The translations under genes and the position numbers were made by a program. 64,000 bases of DNA from Nannocystis bainbridge (GTDB lineage Bacteria > Myxococcota_A > Polyangia > Nannocystales > Nannocystaceae), in assembly GCF_028368995.1 (NCBI RefSeq), contig NZ_JAQNDL010000001.1:736001-800000 (forward strand). Reading direction: 5' to 3'. Shown in pieces: positions 61,901 through 64,000 of this stretch (position 1 is its first letter; each line of letters starts with the position of its first letter). A model generated the notes under the pieces. That model was not told the DNA's origin. It saw only the letters and a list, made by a program, of their open reading frames with translations, and searched no databases.

Positions 61901-62724
61901 CGCTCGCCGGGCCGCTGCTGCGCGCCGGCACCCTGCACGCGCCCGAGCTGCCGGGGCTGTCGACCCTGGCCCGCCTGTGCCAGTTCCGCGCGCTCACCCA
62001 CCTCGGCCGCTACGACGTGCTGCTCGAGGAGGTCCCGGCCCTGCTGACCGCCGCGCGCTTCGCCGACGACCGGGCCGCCCACGTCGCCTGCGCCTCGCTG
62101 GCCGCCTGGCTGGCCGCGGTCGACGGCGACCCGGACGGCGCCCAGGCGCTCGCCGCCGAGTGCGCCGCCGCCTGGCCGTCCGCCGACGCGCGCGCCTTCC
62201 ACATGCAGCACCTGCAGATCGTCGGCGCCGAGGCCCACGCGCTGCTCGCCGCCGACGATCCGGCCGGCGCCTGGGCCCGGGTCGACGCCGCCGGGCCGGC
62301 GCTGGCGCGCAGCGGCCTCGGCAACCTGCTGCCGCTGCGGATCCAGGCGACCGAGCTGACCGGCCGCACCGCCGTGGCCGCGCTCGCCGCCGGGCCGCCG
62401 CCGGGCGCCCGCGAGGGCCTGCGCCGCGCGGTCGAGCGGGCCTCCGACAGCCTCCAGCGCGACGGCGCCATGGGTCACGCCGCCCTTCTGCGCGCCGCTC
62501 TGCGCCACCTCGCCGGCGACCCCGCCGCCGCTCAGACCCAGCTCCAGACCGCCAGCGACGCGTTCGCGGCCGCCGGCATGGCCGCGCACCAGGCCGCCGC
62601 CGAGCTGCGCCTGGCCCGCCTGGCCGGCCGCAGCGGCGACGTGCCACGCGGGGCCCTGCAAGCGCTCGGCGTCGAGCACCCGAACCGCTTCGCCGACCTC
62701 CTGGCCCCGGCGCTGCCCGCGTGA
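58915..62724 (+). CDS. Ser/Thr kinase + AAA (STAND-like) ATPase + helical repeats
   Basis: LGSGAMGIVY, HRDIKPTN, DFG, GTPAYMAPE; FVGR, GRAGLGKS (Walker A), IDDLQWGD (Walker B). Confidence 0.94.
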   Translation: MVDLEADRLRALMRAAVFKQPHQPVLLGNFEIIKVLGSGAMGIVYEAFDPRRGESVALKTLRAPSARALALFKREFRALSRLSHPNLVELHKMYRDHDQYFFTMELIRGSPLLTYLWGVEAAPDAPTATPVTDFARLRAAFAQLVDGVFALHQSHKLHRDIKPTNVMVSPEGRVVLMDFGFVGEESVGTLESTAGSLVVGTPAYMAPEQAVGGARTPASDWYSVGATLYMALTGRVPYSGENLARMMERKQASAPPPPRTLVAGIPDELDVVCVRLLQPDPKVRPGASELMALFHSDRGHLQRVQAAAYVSPAATHVGARSFVGRTAQVRAIRLAFDAVDRAAAPVPPPEAVPAVVLVHGRAGLGKSALIRHVTDGLRQRATLLRARCYDRDTVPYKALDSLVDALARQLRQRDEAEVATVLPPEIDSLVALFPVLHQAPAVAAVTPVPSAMPTRRDLRAALRPDAPAFRALRRLLVGLGGGRPLVLWIDDLQWGDADSVRVLAELLRPPGAPRGLLIASYRSEDGDSPALRALDVLRDMVEQAGSSMQVLEVPPLSPDETDALAEILLGPDTPPPRLRRVAAEAGGSPQLLHELARFVAHGAGSAPEVTVDELIEIRISRLSAPQRRLVEVLAVAGRPLAQAVAFTVAGVAPAAANAGLADLHQLQAAGLVRSFTAAGSDLLGEQGELVLDVQHERTRDAVLIRLDGPALRELHGRLAAALERDPQTDPFALIEHLRAAGDTARALALARRAAGFYREADDFLRAAAFLRVARDLAPPGAAPALARELGDALARAGHSRESAEAYLSARNGSDPAGDLTLVGAAAAQFITAGHLTRGQEILSAALVSAGLSAGDASVRDKLGALWRRGQKMVRGLDFTARAEADVDRMDLARVDLCFAAALSTMAVDPSAAADAQARHLLLALRAGEPRRVARAFALEACLLAPGGARARGQLDPLLTSARALARSTGATGIADLCDLVDLLAETAGGSPTRALALAGPLLRAGTLHAPELPGLSTLARLCQFRALTHLGRYDVLLEEVPALLTAARFADDRAAHVACASLAAWLAAVDGDPDGAQALAAECAAAWPSADARAFHMQHLQIVGAEAHALLAADDPAGAWARVDAAGPALARSGLGNLLPLRIQATELTGRTAVAALAAGPPPGAREGLRRAVERASDSLQRDGAMGHAALLRAALRHLAGDPAAAQTQLQTASDAFAAAGMAAHQAAAELRLARLAGRSGDVPRGALQALGVEHPNRFADLLAPALPA
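60514..60565. repeat. Degenerate 14-bp-phased element inside the kinase CDS (copy 18)
   Basis: GGATGTCC-TGAG-GGACATGGTC; cores at 60517(GATG), 60531, 60545(CAGG), 60559(CAGG). Confidence 0.5.
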
Positions 62725-63285
62725 GCTGCAGCGCGGCCCTTCGCGCCCTGCCCCGCCTCCCGCGGGCCCTGCCTCGCTCAACGCAGCGGCCCGCCTCGCC
62801 TCCCGCGGACACTGCCTCGCAACTCACCAGAATGCGAGCCGTCGGGGCCCGGTCCGAGTCGCGCGCGGCTCTTCTCGAGCGCACCCGCGTGAGCCCGTCG
62901 CGGCCCCACACGCCCTTCGCTAGCCTCGCCGCCGGCCGGTCGCGACGCCCGCCACGGACCTCTCGCCGCCGCCCCGAAATGCGAGCCTGCGCCGCGCGAG
63001 CCTCCGGCCCCTCGGGTGACGTCGCCCCTCTGTCGGCGCCGCCCGCGTGTGCCTCGCGACCCGCGCTCGTCCGAGCCGCCAACGCGCCGTGGATCCCCGA
63101 ACTCCTGCGCGCACGACCTCTCCGCCCCGCGAGGCTGCGGACCGCGAACTCGCAGGGCCGGCGAGCGCCCGGGCGCCTGCGGACTCGTGCGCGCGGTTCG
63201 GCTTCTCCCCCGCTGTCCGCGCGTGATCCGGCGCTGGGCGCCCGCTCCGCCGAAGCCGCGGCCTCGCCGTGCTACCGTCGCCGGG

Positions 63286-63972
63286 ATGTCCGACGACTTC
63301 GAGCTCCTCGACGCCTGGCGCGGCGGTGACCTGCAGGCCGGCAGCAAGCTGTTCGACCGCCACTTCGAGAGCATCCACCGGTTCTTGCGCAACAAGGTCG
63401 GCGACGACACCGACGAGGTCATGCAGCGGACTCTGCTCGCCTGCGTCGAGACCCGCGACCGCTTCCGCGGCGCCTCGACCTTCCGCACCTACCTGTTCGG
63501 CGTCGCCCGGCTCGAGCTGCTGGCCCACTACCGGCGCCGGCGCAAGCTCAACAACGAGCTCGACATCGAGTCGAAGTCCTTCTTCGACCTCGACCCCTCG
63601 CCGAGCACCGTCGTCGCCAAGCACAACGAGCAGCGGCTGCTGCACGAGGCGCTGCGCCGGCTGCCGATCGACCTCCAGATCGCGCTCGAGCTGCACTACT
63701 GGGAGAACATGTCGGCGACCGAGGTCGCGACCGTGCTCGAGATCCCGTCCGGCACGGTCAAGAGCCGGCTGCGGCGGGCCAAGGAGATGCTGCGCGAGAT
63801 CATGGAGTCGATCACGCTCAGCAAGACCCAGCTCGAGAGCACCATGGGTGACCTCGACGGCTGGGCCAAGCAGCTCGGTGAAACCCTGCGCGAGGGCGCG
63901 GCGGTCTCACGCATGACGGCCAAGGACGACAACGACGACGAATCGCCGTCCGGAGCCGCCGCCGCCACCTGA
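63286..63972 (+). CDS. ECF RNA polymerase sigma factor
   Basis: DDFELLDAWRGGD, FRTYLFGVAR, PSPS, ALELHYWE, GTVKSRLRRAK. Confidence 0.93.
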   Translation: MSDDFELLDAWRGGDLQAGSKLFDRHFESIHRFLRNKVGDDTDEVMQRTLLACVETRDRFRGASTFRTYLFGVARLELLAHYRRRRKLNNELDIESKSFFDLDPSPSTVVAKHNEQRLLHEALRRLPIDLQIALELHYWENMSATEVATVLEIPSGTVKSRLRRAKEMLREIMESITLSKTQLESTMGDLDGWAKQLGETLREGAAVSRMTAKDDNDDESPSGAAAAT

Positions 63973-64000
63973 GTTCGGCGCCCTCGCCGCTCCTGACCCG

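Overview
Very GC-rich bacterial DNA. The gene content (Hanks-type Ser/Thr kinases, many Cys/Thr-rich lipoproteins, RsbR-type STAS, ECF sigma, DUF2169/PAAR cassette) points to a myxobacterium, most like Nannocystaceae (inference). About 48 CDS are supportable; I found no rRNA, tRNA or true CRISPR array. The most striking signal is non-coding: 18 dispersed arrays of a degenerate palindrome, RRRCATGYYY (typically GGACATGTCC), phased at 14 bp (10-bp palindrome plus 4-nt variable spacer, 2-8 units each). 13 of the 15 intergenic arrays lie at gene 3' ends and three more lie inside CDSs. Other highlights: (1) a LysM/PG-binding gene coupled to a 1032-aa candidate effector with an R-S-E ADP-ribosyltransferase-like region and a C-terminal OTU protease domain; (2) an orphan T6SS-type cassette (DUF2169, KS-like adaptor, PAAR-like DUF4150 toxin with a deaminase-like tip, SMI1/KNR4 immunity) in which the gene junction is amplified five times yet translational coupling is preserved; (3) a histone-H1-like/Imm30-like fusion; (4) a tandem winged-helix protein; (5) a short repeat-spacer array; (6) an IS3 remnant and a three-part chimeric pseudogene. 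Family assignments come from motif recognition by eye, not database searches.
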